Assembly: GCA_963818905.1 (NCBI GenBank)
Contig: CAWFUE010000084.1
Span: 9,254 to 73,253, forward strand
Direction: 5' to 3'
From: an uncultured Acidobacteriaceae bacterium
GTDB taxonomy: Bacteria > Acidobacteriota > Terriglobia > Terriglobales > Acidobacteriaceae
Length of the DNA stretch: 64,000 nucleotides
The first letter of the stretch is position 1; every line of letters begins with the position of its first letter. The notes beneath the pieces were generated by a model that saw only the letters and a list, made by a program, of their open reading frames with translations, did no database searches and was not told the DNA's origin. Below, one piece after another: positions 1-9,778 of the stretch. The position numbers and the translations under genes are program-made.

Positions 1-2
1 CC

Positions 3-755
3 GGCAAGCCGCTGGTGGTGATCGTCAATGCCGGCTTTGCCCGCCATCACTTTGGGAGCACGCAGAACGCGATCGGGAAATTGTTACAACACGGAAATCG
101 GCAGGGTAAGAGCGACCTGGAAATCGTGGGGGTCGTCGGCGATTCCCGGCATGTGGACATGCGCACCGAGCCCAAAGAGACGCTCTACCGGGCTGCCTAT
201 CAGCTGCCCGATCCTGGCTTTATGCAGTACTACATTCGCAGCTGGCAGTCACCTGAGTCGATCAAGGCGAATATTCACAGTGCCATGCAAAAGCTGGACC
301 CGAATCTGGTCGTCGACGGCCTGCGCACCATGGACGAACAGGTTGCCGAGATCACGGCAAACGATCGGCTGATTGCATTGTTAGCGGTGAGCTTCGGAGT
401 GCTGGCGACGCTGATGGCGGCCATTGGACTCTACGGCGTATTGGCCTACGCTACCGCGCAGCGTACCCATGAGATCGGTATTCGCATGGCGCTGGGAGCG
501 CGACGGGATTCCGTGATCCGTCTGGTATTTTTCGACACGCTCTGGCTGGCGGGAATCAGCATCATCGTTACGTTGCCGATGGCGATGCTGCTGTCGCGCC
601 TGCTGCGCAGCCAGTTGTATAACGTAAGCCCGGCCGACCCGCTGGTCATCGTTTCGGGAGTGTTGATGGTCGTGACGACGGTTGCTCTGGCTGGGCTGTT
701 ACCGGCTCGCCGAGCGGCCACCGTCGATCCCATGCAGGCGCTAAGGACGGAATAG
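3..755 (+). CDS. ADOP-family (MacB/FtsX-like) ABC transporter permease, C-terminal part; the 5' end lies outside the window
   Basis: The reading frame is open from base 3 with no upstream stop. It carries an FtsX-type C-terminal 4-TM module (THEIGIRMALGARR, tail LPARRAATVDPMQALRTE). The pattern matches the C-termini of the next two genes. Confidence 0.85.
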   Translation, partial: GKPLVVIVNAGFARHHFGSTQNAIGKLLQHGNRQGKSDLEIVGVVGDSRHVDMRTEPKETLYRAAYQLPDPGFMQYYIRSWQSPESIKANIHSAMQKLDPNLVVDGLRTMDEQVAEITANDRLIALLAVSFGVLATLMAAIGLYGVLAYATAQRTHEIGIRMALGARRDSVIRLVFFDTLWLAGISIIVTLPMAMLLSRLLRSQLYNVSPADPLVIVSGVLMVVTTVALAGLLPARRAATVDPMQALRTE

Positions 756-760
756 AAGGA

Positions 761-3199
761 ATGAATCGGATCTGGCAAGATCTTCGCTTCGGAATACGGC
801 AGTTGCGCAAGTGGCCGGGCTTCGCGGCGGTTGCCATACTCACGCTGGCGTTAGGCATCGGTGCGAATACCGCAGTCTTCAGCATTGTCGATACCGTTCT
901 CTTGCGGCCGCTGCCCTATCGCGACCCTCAGCAGCTGGCGCTGGTGTCCGAAACTGAATCCCAGGGGGGTCACGAAGAGCTCGGTGTAGCCGCTCAGGAA
1001 TACTTAGACTATCGCGATCAGAACCGGTCGTTCTCCAGCGTCGCCGCTTTCGAGAGCGCAGGGTTTAATCTCACCGGCGAAGGTCTACCGCTGCGCGTGA
1101 ATGCAGCTCGAATGTCAGCCTCTGCGTTCCAGACCCTTGGCGTCGCGCCGATGATCGGCCGCGCTTTCAGTCCTGCGGAAGATCGCACCGGTTCTGACAA
1201 TGTGGTAGAGCTCTCGTACTCGCTTTGGCAGAACCAGTATCATGGCGATCCCAACATACTTGGCCGCACGATCAAACTGGATGAGCTACCGTACACCGTG
1301 ATAGGCGTAATGCCGCCGTCGTTTCATTTTCCCTTCGACGGCAAGCCGTTCTCCGAGATGGCCGATCTCTGGCTGCCGATCGGATTTTCCTCAGAAGTGC
1401 TCGCGCCGCAGAACCGGCTGATGGAATTTGGTGTCGGGCTCATCGGCAGATTGAAGCCCGGCGTCACCCGGGAGCAGGCTCAACAGGACGTGGAGCACGT
1501 AGCGAATGTCTTCCAGCAGACTCATCCCGGCACCTACTCGCCATCGGTTCGCGTCGTGCCGCATCTTCACGCCTTCTCCGCGTATACGGTGGAGAAAGCG
1601 CGGCCACTGGTGTTGTTGCTTTGTGCGGCCGTCATCTGCGTGCTGCTGATCGCCTGTGCGAATGTCGCCAATCTATTGCTGGCACGCGCGAGTGCGCGTA
1701 GTCGTGAGATGGCCATCCGCAGCGCCGTCGGAGCAGGGCGTCGCGTGCTGCTGCGGCAATGCCTGGTGGAAAGTTCGCTGCTGTCATTGTTAGGCGGTTG
1801 TGCGGGTGTGACGCTGGCCGTGGGTTCCGTGGCGGGACTGCGCGGCTATGGACCTGTCAGTGTTCCCCGGCTTCGCGAAGTGACGATTCATCCTGTCGCA
1901 CTGCTGTTCACGCTGGGGCTGTCGGTGCTGACGACGATTCTTTTCGGCTTCATGCCGGCGTGGCGGCTGTCGCACGTATCGCCGCAGGCGTTTCTCAAAG
2001 ACTCGGCCCAGGTCGGATCCTCGCGCAGCAGCCTGCGCTTGCAGAACTTTGTTGCCGTCGGTGAGATCGCCTTGGCTCTGGTGTTGCTCGTCGGCGGGAG
2101 CTTGCTGATCCGCAGCTTCCTGCGAGTGCTGGAAACGCCTCTCGGCTTCGATCCGAAAGATGTCTTTGTCGTGCGGACAATCTTCGACACCGAGCGCTAT
2201 CCCGATCCGGTGAAGCGCATGGCGGTGCAGAAGGAATTGCTGTCGCGGCTCGAGCGGTTGCCAGGAGTTACGGCAGTTGCCGCGGCCAGCCATCTGCCGC
2301 TCAGCGATGAGCGTGGCATCGGCTTTCATCTCGAGCATGCCGCGCCCGACGATTTCCATTTCGCGCAGAACTCGCTCATCACGCCTGGATACTTCCGTGC
2401 GATGGGAATCGGCCTTCGTGAAGGCCGCGACTTCAGCGAGCAGGACAATCCGCAGTCTCCCCTCGTGGCCATCATCAGTGAAGCCTTGGCCCGCCAGTAT
2501 TTCAGCGGTCAGGATCCAATCGGTCAGCGCTTCCAATGGGGCGATCGCGGATGGTTCACCATCATCGGCGTCGCCAATGACGTTCACGTCTCCGCGCTCG
2601 ACGCCGATCCCCCAGCCATGATCTACCAGTCGATGTTCCAGATGCAGACGTGGACCGCGGGACATATGGCGTTTCTGTTGCGTACCAGCCGGCCGCAGCA
2701 GGACCTGTTCACCGAAGTTCAGCAGCAAGTATGGTCTGTGGACAAGGAGTTGCCGCTTTACAAGAGCACCACGCTGGCGACGCTGGTCTCTGATTCGCTC
2801 GCGCAGCGTCGCTTCACCATGCTATTGCTCGGCGCATTCTCGGCCATATCTCTGTTGCTGGCGGCGATCGGATTGTTTGGAGTGATCTCATATCTGGTGT
2901 CGCAACATCAGCGGGAGATGGCGCTGCGAATGGCCTTGGGAGCGGATCGAGCTGACATCCGTCACATGGTCCTGAAGCGCGGTCTGACCTTAGGATTGTT
3001 TGGGTGTGCGATTGGCTTGGGCTTATCGGTCGTAGGCTCACGCCTGCTCACCACGAGCCTCTATCGCGTGAGCCGCTTCGATCCCACGACGCTGGTACTG
3101 GTTCCGGCGTTACTTTTGTGCGTTGTCTTGCTGGCGGTGTATTTGCCTGCCAGGCGCGCGGCATCGGTGGACCCGATGCAGGCACTAAGGATGGAATGA
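761..3199 (+). CDS. ADOP-family duplicated permease (MacB-like, two FtsX modules)
   Basis: ATG 761 follows a GAAGGA SD-like motif. The N-terminus IRQLRKWPGFAAVAILTLALGIGANTAVFS is MacB-type. Two FtsX-like membrane modules are present, with tail LPARRAASVDPMQALRME. This is the architecture of the acidobacterial duplicated orphan permease family. Confidence 0.9.
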   Translation: MNRIWQDLRFGIRQLRKWPGFAAVAILTLALGIGANTAVFSIVDTVLLRPLPYRDPQQLALVSETESQGGHEELGVAAQEYLDYRDQNRSFSSVAAFESAGFNLTGEGLPLRVNAARMSASAFQTLGVAPMIGRAFSPAEDRTGSDNVVELSYSLWQNQYHGDPNILGRTIKLDELPYTVIGVMPPSFHFPFDGKPFSEMADLWLPIGFSSEVLAPQNRLMEFGVGLIGRLKPGVTREQAQQDVEHVANVFQQTHPGTYSPSVRVVPHLHAFSAYTVEKARPLVLLLCAAVICVLLIACANVANLLLARASARSREMAIRSAVGAGRRVLLRQCLVESSLLSLLGGCAGVTLAVGSVAGLRGYGPVSVPRLREVTIHPVALLFTLGLSVLTTILFGFMPAWRLSHVSPQAFLKDSAQVGSSRSSLRLQNFVAVGEIALALVLLVGGSLLIRSFLRVLETPLGFDPKDVFVVRTIFDTERYPDPVKRMAVQKELLSRLERLPGVTAVAAASHLPLSDERGIGFHLEHAAPDDFHFAQNSLITPGYFRAMGIGLREGRDFSEQDNPQSPLVAIISEALARQYFSGQDPIGQRFQWGDRGWFTIIGVANDVHVSALDADPPAMIYQSMFQMQTWTAGHMAFLLRTSRPQQDLFTEVQQQVWSVDKELPLYKSTTLATLVSDSLAQRRFTMLLLGAFSAISLLLAAIGLFGVISYLVSQHQREMALRMALGADRADIRHMVLKRGLTLGLFGCAIGLGLSVVGSRLLTTSLYRVSRFDPTTLVLVPALLLCVVLLAVYLPARRAASVDPMQALRME

Positions 3200-5655
3200 C
3201 AGCGATGTCAACGTTAATTCACGATCTTCGTTACGCTTTTCGTCAACTGCGCAAAGCCCCGGGTTTTGCGCTGATCTCGATCTTGACGCTGGCACTGGGC
3301 ATTGGCGCCAACATCGCGGTGTTCTCCGTCACCAATGCCGTGCTGCTGAATCCCACCGGCATTCCGCATCCCGATGGGCTGGTCGCTCTTCGCGCTCGCT
3401 ATAACGCGATGCCCGATCTGAGCAACATTCCAATATCGCCGCCGGACTTCGGCGACGCAGCTGCGGACAAGAACATCTTCTCTTCGGCGGCCGTGATGCG
3501 GGCTGTCAGCTTCAACTTCGGGGGTGACAACGCAAATCCTGAACTGCTGCACGGCGCTGCAGTTTCAGCCGCGTACTTCGATGTCTTTCAGAGCCGTCCT
3601 TATCTGGGACGCGTGTTTAGGCCGGAAGAGGATGTCGCCGGGGCGCCCCGTGTAGCCGTGCTCTCGTACCACGCATGGCAAACCCATTTCGGCGGGGATC
3701 CGAATGTCGTAGGTCGCACCGTAATGCTCAACCAGCAGCCCTATCGGGTGGTTGGCGTCATGGGTTCCGATTTCAATTGGCCGAATGACGTACAGGTATG
3801 GGTCCCGCTGGCGCTGCCCGCAGGCCGTACCCAGGATGCCAAGTACCGCTATAGCGAATACCTCTTCGGCGTCGCGCGTCTTCGTCCCGGGGTGACCCTG
3901 GGACAGGCAAATGCTTATCTCGATCGCAAGGCGCAGGAAAACATCAACTCTGAAGGAGGCAAGAGTTTCGGCCGCGCCAGCGGCTGGGGAATGTTCGCTG
4001 TGCCGCTGAACGAGATGACCGCCGGGGGTTTGCGAAAGTCGCTCACGCTGCTGCTGATTTCTGTCGGCATGGTGCTGCTGATTGCCTGCGCCAACATCGC
4101 CGGCCTGCAGATAGCGCGCGCCTCGGCGCGCCAGCGCGAATTGGCAGTGCGCGTGGCCTTGGGCGCATCGCGTGGCAACCTGGTTCGTCAAGCACTGCTG
4201 GAAAGCACTGTGCTCACCGCAACCGGCGTGGCGCTGGGATACGTCATTGCCATTTTTGCCGCGCCGCTGCTGGTGCGAGGCCTGCCATCGATTCTGGGCT
4301 CGCAAATTCACGCGTCATTCGGGGGTCCGGTGCTGATTTTCGTTACTGGAATTGCCGTCATGTGCTCGCTATTGTGCGGCGTGGTTCCGGCGTGGCATCG
4401 CACCCAGCCTGGATGGTTTGGCGCGCTTCAGGAAAGCGGACGCTCGGGGACGGCGGGAGCGTCCAGCCAGCGTGCGCGCTCCGCGCTGGTAGTAGCGCAG
4501 GTTGCTCTGTCGCTGCTTCTGCTGGCAGGCGCTGGATTACTGATCGGCAGTTTGCGCGCCCTCCAGAGGGTCGATACCGGATTCGAGCCGTCGGGATTGC
4601 TGTCCGCGCGATTCTCCTTGGCCGACACGACCTACAACAATGACGACAAGCTGGCCGCTTTCTATCAGGGCCTGGAAGATCGCCTGCGCACCTTGCCTGG
4701 AGTCGAGAGCGCCGCGCTGGCCGACGCCTTGCCCTTTGACGACAGCAATAACGGTGGCGCGGCAAGCTTCTTCATCAAGGGGCGAACGGCGGGGCCGAAT
4801 GATCCCGGGCCGCACGGCAATGTCCGCATCATGTCTTCCGGGTATTTGAAGACCTTGCAGATTCCGGTGCTGATGGGTCGCGACTTCAATGAGGCCGATC
4901 ACCGAGGTGGCCAGCGCGTAGCGATGGTTGACACGGTTCTTGCTCACCGCTATTGGCCTGGAAAGAATCCCATCGGCGAACAGATTGCTTTCGACGATCG
5001 CGTGAAAGGTCCCTGGTACACGATCGTCGGGGTAGTGGCGCACTCGCGCAACTCGTCGCTGGAATCGGACACCAACGAAGGCTTTTACTACTTGCTGCTC
5101 ACCCAGGCACCGGTTTCATCGGCCTCGATTGTGGTTCGAAGTTCGCGTGCCGGCTCTGATTTGGCCGCCGAACTTGCCTCCGCGGTGCGCTCGATCGATT
5201 CCAGCGTCGCAATCTACGACGTACAAACCGTGGAGCACCTCGTGGACGAATCGCTGATTGGCCGGCGCTTTGTGGTGCTGCTGCTGACCGCCTTTGCCGG
5301 ACTGGCTCTACTGCTGGCAGGGCTCGGTCTCTATGGCGTGATTAGCTATTCGGTGCGTCTGCGCACGCGCGAGATGGGTGTTCGTCTCGCGTTGGGTGCG
5401 CAGCGCGGACGTTTATTGCGGATGATATTGCTCCAGGGCTTCCGCCTGGCCGCGCTGGGAATGATCTGCGGCGCAGTGGCCGCAGTTGCGCTGGCCCGTG
5501 TCTTCTCCAGCTTGCTGTTCCAGGTCGGCGTCTTGAGCGCGATTCCATGGCTGGTATCTACCGCGGTGCTGGTTGCGGTGGTGTTGCTGGCGACATACTT
5601 CCCGGCTCGCCGGGCAGCATCCGTCGAGCCTATGCAAGCGCTGCGGATGGAATAA
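3196..5655 (+). CDS. ADOP-family duplicated permease (third tandem copy)
   Basis: The ORF-track start at 3004 lies inside the previous gene. The family-typical N-terminus MTAMSTLIHDLRYAFRQLRKAPGFALISILTLALGIGANIAVFS begins at ATG 3196, overlapping the upstream TGA (ATGA). The C-terminal tail is FPARRAASVEPMQALRME. Confidence 0.88.
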   Translation: MTAMSTLIHDLRYAFRQLRKAPGFALISILTLALGIGANIAVFSVTNAVLLNPTGIPHPDGLVALRARYNAMPDLSNIPISPPDFGDAAADKNIFSSAAVMRAVSFNFGGDNANPELLHGAAVSAAYFDVFQSRPYLGRVFRPEEDVAGAPRVAVLSYHAWQTHFGGDPNVVGRTVMLNQQPYRVVGVMGSDFNWPNDVQVWVPLALPAGRTQDAKYRYSEYLFGVARLRPGVTLGQANAYLDRKAQENINSEGGKSFGRASGWGMFAVPLNEMTAGGLRKSLTLLLISVGMVLLIACANIAGLQIARASARQRELAVRVALGASRGNLVRQALLESTVLTATGVALGYVIAIFAAPLLVRGLPSILGSQIHASFGGPVLIFVTGIAVMCSLLCGVVPAWHRTQPGWFGALQESGRSGTAGASSQRARSALVVAQVALSLLLLAGAGLLIGSLRALQRVDTGFEPSGLLSARFSLADTTYNNDDKLAAFYQGLEDRLRTLPGVESAALADALPFDDSNNGGAASFFIKGRTAGPNDPGPHGNVRIMSSGYLKTLQIPVLMGRDFNEADHRGGQRVAMVDTVLAHRYWPGKNPIGEQIAFDDRVKGPWYTIVGVVAHSRNSSLESDTNEGFYYLLLTQAPVSSASIVVRSSRAGSDLAAELASAVRSIDSSVAIYDVQTVEHLVDESLIGRRFVVLLLTAFAGLALLLAGLGLYGVISYSVRLRTREMGVRLALGAQRGRLLRMILLQGFRLAALGMICGAVAAVALARVFSSLLFQVGVLSAIPWLVSTAVLVAVVLLATYFPARRAASVEPMQALRME

Positions 5656-5856
5656 GAACAGCAATTGGCAAGGCTCTTTGGAAGTTTGGTACGGTCTGAA
5701 ATCTGCGTTTTCAGCCATTACCGGAAGTTTCGGGCCTGTTTGGGGGCTCCTTTCGCAGCAGTCCAAGAGCACTGGCCACTGACTCACTGCACCCTCACCT
5801 TGTGCCATCTCATCTACACTGCATCGGGACGCATTTTATCCTTGGGAGCAAACCGC

Positions 5857-7527
5857 ATGTCTGTACCGGCGACTATTTCAACCGAACCAGGTTCGGAAGC
5901 ATTTCCCCTCCTCACCGCCAAGCAGATTGACCGCATTCGCCCTGTCGGCAAGCTCCGCGCGGTCCAAGCCGGCGACATTCTGTTCGAGCCGGGCGATACC
6001 AATCTTCCGTTATTCGTTCTGCTATCGGGACAATTGGAGATCGTCCAGCCTTGTCCGTCGGGGGAGCGTCCGCTCGTACGCCATGTCCCCGGCAGTTTTA
6101 CCGGGGAGTTCGCCATGATATCCGGGCAACGCTGCATGGTTCGTGGCCGGGTCACCGAGGCGGGTGAGTTTCTGGAGATCAGTGGCGACGGCCTGCGCTC
6201 GTTTATTGCGAGGGATTCCGAGTTGAGCGAGATCTTCATGCGCGCCTACATTCTGCGGCGGATGGTACTGATCGCCGAGGGCGGAGGCAATGTTATCCTG
6301 CTGGGCTCGCGCCACTCGGCTGGCACGTTGCGCTTGCGCGAGTTTCTCGGCCGCAACGGATATCCCTACAAGTACATCGATCTCGATACCGACCAACGGT
6401 CGCAATCCATGCTCGACCATTTCGAGGTGACGCCCGACGACATCCCGGTGGTGATCTGCAACGCGCGTACCGTGCTGCGCAATCCATCGACTACCGAGGT
6501 TGCCGACTGCCTGGGGTTGAACGCCAACATCGACGAGTCGCTGGTGCGCGACCTGATCATCGTCGGAGCCGGTCCCGCCGGCTTGGCCGCCGCGGTTTAC
6601 GCGGCTTCCGAAGGCCTCGACGTACTGGTCATCGAAACCGGCTCTCCCGGCGGGCAGGCAGCTTCCAGCTCACGGATTGAAAACTATCTTGGTTTTCCTA
6701 CAGGAATTTCGGGAAGCGAATTGACAGGGCGTGCGGTGGCGCAAGCCCAGAAGTTTGGCGCCCATATGATGATTGCGCATAGCGCCGTTCGCCTCCACTG
6801 CGAGCGCCGGCCCTACCAGGTCGTCCTCGATCATGGCAGGGCGTTGGCGACCCGCTCAGTTGTGCTCGCTGCCGGCGCGCAGTATAACAAGCCGGTGATC
6901 GCCAATCTCGAAAAGTTCGAGGGACTGGGCGTCTACTATGGCGCTACTTACATGGAAGCGCAGCTTTGTGAGAACGAGGATGTCATTGTTGTCGGCGGAG
7001 GAAATTCCGCGGGACAGGCCGCGGTTTTCCTCTCCCAGCATGCGCGCAAGGTCTACATGCTGGTGCGCTCGGGACAGTTGTCGCAGACCATGTCGCGTTA
7101 CCTGATTCGCCGCATCGAGGAGAATCCGGCCATCGAGCTGCACCACCATACGCAGATCATTGGCCTCGACGGCCCTGAGCACGTGGAATGTGTCACCTGG
7201 CGGGACAACAAAACCGGTCAGACGTCAGCTCACGATATCCGCCACGTGTTTATCATGACCGGCGCTTCGCCGCATACCGATTGGCTGCAAGGCTGTCTCG
7301 CACTCGACAGCAAAGGATTCGTTCTCACCGGACATGATCTTGATCGCATGACGCTGGAGCAGTCGGCCTGGCCGCTCTCGCGTCCGCCACTGATCCTGGA
7401 GACCAGCTTGCCGGGCGTATTCGCTGTCGGCGATATTCGCGCGGGAAATGTGAAGCGCGTAGCCTCCGCTGTCGGCGAAGGCTCTATCGCCATACATCTC
7501 GTGCACCGCGCCCTGGCGGAAATGTAG
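5857..7527 (+). CDS. Cyclic-nucleotide-binding domain fused to a thioredoxin-reductase-like FAD/NAD(P) oxidoreductase
   Basis: ATG 5857 follows GGGAGCA; the longer ORF-track start at 5665 adds a non-protein-like leader. The N-terminal half has a cNMP-binding pattern (GDILFEPGD, FTGEFAMISG). The C-terminal half has IIVGAGPAGLAAAVYAASEGL, VIVVGGGNSAGQAAVFL and GVFAVGDIR dinucleotide-binding motifs. Confidence 0.8.
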   Translation: MSVPATISTEPGSEAFPLLTAKQIDRIRPVGKLRAVQAGDILFEPGDTNLPLFVLLSGQLEIVQPCPSGERPLVRHVPGSFTGEFAMISGQRCMVRGRVTEAGEFLEISGDGLRSFIARDSELSEIFMRAYILRRMVLIAEGGGNVILLGSRHSAGTLRLREFLGRNGYPYKYIDLDTDQRSQSMLDHFEVTPDDIPVVICNARTVLRNPSTTEVADCLGLNANIDESLVRDLIIVGAGPAGLAAAVYAASEGLDVLVIETGSPGGQAASSSRIENYLGFPTGISGSELTGRAVAQAQKFGAHMMIAHSAVRLHCERRPYQVVLDHGRALATRSVVLAAGAQYNKPVIANLEKFEGLGVYYGATYMEAQLCENEDVIVVGGGNSAGQAAVFLSQHARKVYMLVRSGQLSQTMSRYLIRRIEENPAIELHHHTQIIGLDGPEHVECVTWRDNKTGQTSAHDIRHVFIMTGASPHTDWLQGCLALDSKGFVLTGHDLDRMTLEQSAWPLSRPPLILETSLPGVFAVGDIRAGNVKRVASAVGEGSIAIHLVHRALAEM

Positions 7528-7727
7528 ATCCAGGCGTGGGGTCGGCTGTCGAATCCTATTGAGAAGGTTTAGGCGATAAACGGGCTGTGTGGCAGCCATC
7601 GCCGGGGCACACACAGATACCCATATGGCCAGGAGCGGTGCCGTACGCGCCGCCTCTATTTGGCGCAGCATTCGACCGAACGCCGTATCTCCGGACCTGC
7701 CCATACTCCGCAAGAAGACCATAGCCT

Positions 7728-8279
7728 TTGCGCGTGCTAAACTTTTGCACCGTGATCATACGACTGCTGCAAATCGCCCTGTTCGCCGGATCGTTGATAC
7801 CGGCAAGCGCGCAAACTATAGCGGCTCCCGCTGTGCCGGATAAGATCAAGGCGCCGTCAGGAGAGGAAGTAGTGCTGCTGGCGCATGCGTCGGGTTCACA
7901 GATCTATGTCTGCCAGGCGAGTGACGGCAAATTTGCCTGGACGTTGAAGGCTCCGGAAGCGCAGCTTCATGACCGGCACGGAAACGTGATTGGCCGTCAT
8001 TATGCCGGGCCGACTTGGAAGGATAACGATGGGAGCGAGGTCACGGGCAAAGCTGTCGCCAAGGTTGATTCGCCGGAGCCGAATTCCATCCAGTGGCTGC
8101 TTGTGACAGTGACTGGCCATTCCGGAGAAGGCGTGCTCAGTCGCGTCACGACAATTCAGCGAATCAATACCAGGAACGGATTGCCACCACCGGCAAGTGA
8201 TTGCAACGCGGCCAAGCAGAATAGCGAAGCAAAAAGCCCCTACACTGCCGATTACTATTTCTACGCACCGGCGAAGTGA
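7728..8279 (+). CDS. Secreted DUF3455-like protein
   Basis: Signal-peptide-like N-terminus (LLQIALFAGSLIPASAQT). The body matches the DUF3455 pattern as I recall it (GSQIYVC, FAWTLKAPEAQLHD, GRHYAGPTWKDNDGS, IQWLLV, YTADYYFY). The start is TTG 7728; GTG 7734 is an alternative. Confidence 0.6.
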   Translation: MRVLNFCTVIIRLLQIALFAGSLIPASAQTIAAPAVPDKIKAPSGEEVVLLAHASGSQIYVCQASDGKFAWTLKAPEAQLHDRHGNVIGRHYAGPTWKDNDGSEVTGKAVAKVDSPEPNSIQWLLVTVTGHSGEGVLSRVTTIQRINTRNGLPPPASDCNAAKQNSEAKSPYTADYYFYAPAK

Positions 8280-8318
8280 CCGATCGATCAGGCCTGCTCT
8301 CGATGAGTTTTGGAGAGA

Positions 8319-8642
8319 TCAGCTTTGACTATTCCGGCTAAGCTGGTCGCCGTGTCCGTATGGTTTTACCTCGCCATCGACCGCGACAGCGACGAACTTG
8401 TTCGTCTCTGAATCCTTGAATTGCACAACCTGATGTCCGCTTCTGGCCAGTTGCCCCCAACGGCTCGGTTTCTCCGGATTCTGCTCGATGGCCTGATATT
8501 CGCGCCCATCCATATCGAATGTGAGAGTTCGCAGATGTTGCGTACTGGTGCGGCGAACCGGCAGGGAACTGTCGCCAACCTTCACACGTGCGCTCGCCAT
8601 CATCTGTTTGGCAATCGAGCTTAGGAGTGCGGTATCAAGCAT
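8319..8642 (-). CDS. Hypothetical small protein (107 aa)
   Basis: Only sizeable ORF in this interval. Composition is protein-like but I recognise no family. Confidence 0.4.
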   Translation of the reverse strand: MLDTALLSSIAKQMMASARVKVGDSSLPVRRTSTQHLRTLTFDMDGREYQAIEQNPEKPSRWGQLARSGHQVVQFKDSETNKFVAVAVDGEVKPYGHGDQLSRNSQS

Positions 8643-8844
8643 GGTGATTGGGATGATGTTTCACTCAGACAATATAGCGAATGTAATGGCTACTGAATCG
8701 ACGTACCGCAGATGTAAGGTCTGGGAGAGCCGAAGCGCCGACGGACGGTTCGAATTCGTCATGCTCGCGGGTATACTCTAAGAACAGCTTCCATTCTGTG
8801 CAAGGGAATCATAAGGAGAGTTGCCGATTTCGGCGTAGATTAGC

Positions 8845-9759
8845 ATGGATGTTCCTCCGTTTGTGCCTGCAGATATTGAAGCTGCGTTGGGTCGCCGATA
8901 CATCGTTGGTCCCGAGATTGCCGTCGGCGGTCAGGGGGCAGTGTTTAAAGCGACCAGAACTTCCAGGCCAGATGGCACCGGGGCTGATGACGTTGTAGCT
9001 CTGAAGCTGAACCTCTATTCCAGTCAGGACAATCGGGTACAGCGTGAGATCGCCGTGATGGAGAACATCTTGCATCCATCCTTGGCCCGGCTGATTGAAC
9101 ATGGCCGTTGCGACGTGGCCGGCAGGCAAACGCGATACGTGGCTTGGGAATTCGTAGAAGGAGAAACGCTGGCTCTTCGGCTGAGAAGCGGTAGATTGCT
9201 GGAAGCCGAAGTGTTGGCCATAGGGCGGGATGTTTCGGCTGCAATTGCGGCCATTTGGTCGCGACACCTGGTTCATGGGGACATAAAACCCTCGAACATT
9301 ATGCTTAGAGACTCCGGCGGACAGCAGCCGATGTCAGCTCTCGGCTGTGACATTCAGGCCGTTCTTATCGACTTCGGCGCTATTAAACATTTAGAGCAGG
9401 ACACTACCCTTGCCGCGCGCAGGCCTTTTGGAACCCTGGGTTACTTTTCTCCGGAGCAGGCCAGAGGCGAAGCGCTGACCTGCGCCTCAGACATTTTTTC
9501 GCTTGGCATAGTAATGCTGCAAAGCTTACTGGGACGGCATCCCACCGACTGCCACCAGAGCGCCTTGGAAGATGGCTTCCGGGCGAGCGGAGAGAGGCTC
9601 GGAGTCAGCGTTGGATTGGTTAGCACATTGGATAAGATGCTATCGCCAAGTCCGAAATTCAGGCCAACTCCCGCAGAACTCAGCGCCTATTTCCAGAGGC
9701 TCCGGCAAAGGCTGGAAGCGGAGTTCGCGATGGGTACTCGCCCACGCAATAGTCCGTAA
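8845..9759 (+). CDS. Hanks-type serine/threonine protein kinase, kinase domain only (non-RD type)
   Basis: Glycine loop VGGQGAVF, lysine in VVALKL, catalytic loop HGDIKPSNIM (G replaces the R of HRD), DFG in LIDFGAIK, and activation/P+1 segment GTLGYFSPEQ. Confidence 0.8.
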   Translation: MDVPPFVPADIEAALGRRYIVGPEIAVGGQGAVFKATRTSRPDGTGADDVVALKLNLYSSQDNRVQREIAVMENILHPSLARLIEHGRCDVAGRQTRYVAWEFVEGETLALRLRSGRLLEAEVLAIGRDVSAAIAAIWSRHLVHGDIKPSNIMLRDSGGQQPMSALGCDIQAVLIDFGAIKHLEQDTTLAARRPFGTLGYFSPEQARGEALTCASDIFSLGIVMLQSLLGRHPTDCHQSALEDGFRASGERLGVSVGLVSTLDKMLSPSPKFRPTPAELSAYFQRLRQRLEAEFAMGTRPRNSP

Positions 9760-9778
9760 GAGCCCACGAAGAATCGCT

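Noticed and set aside
3004-3195. N-terminal extensions proposed by the ORF track (3004 for the third permease). Likewise 5665, 11186, 12282, 12934, 25814, 36943, 40034, 42019, 42131, 45809 and 61877.
   Set aside because: The extensions overlap upstream genes or encode non-protein-like leaders. Internal ATGs with SD-like motifs, signal peptides or family-typical N-termini fit better.
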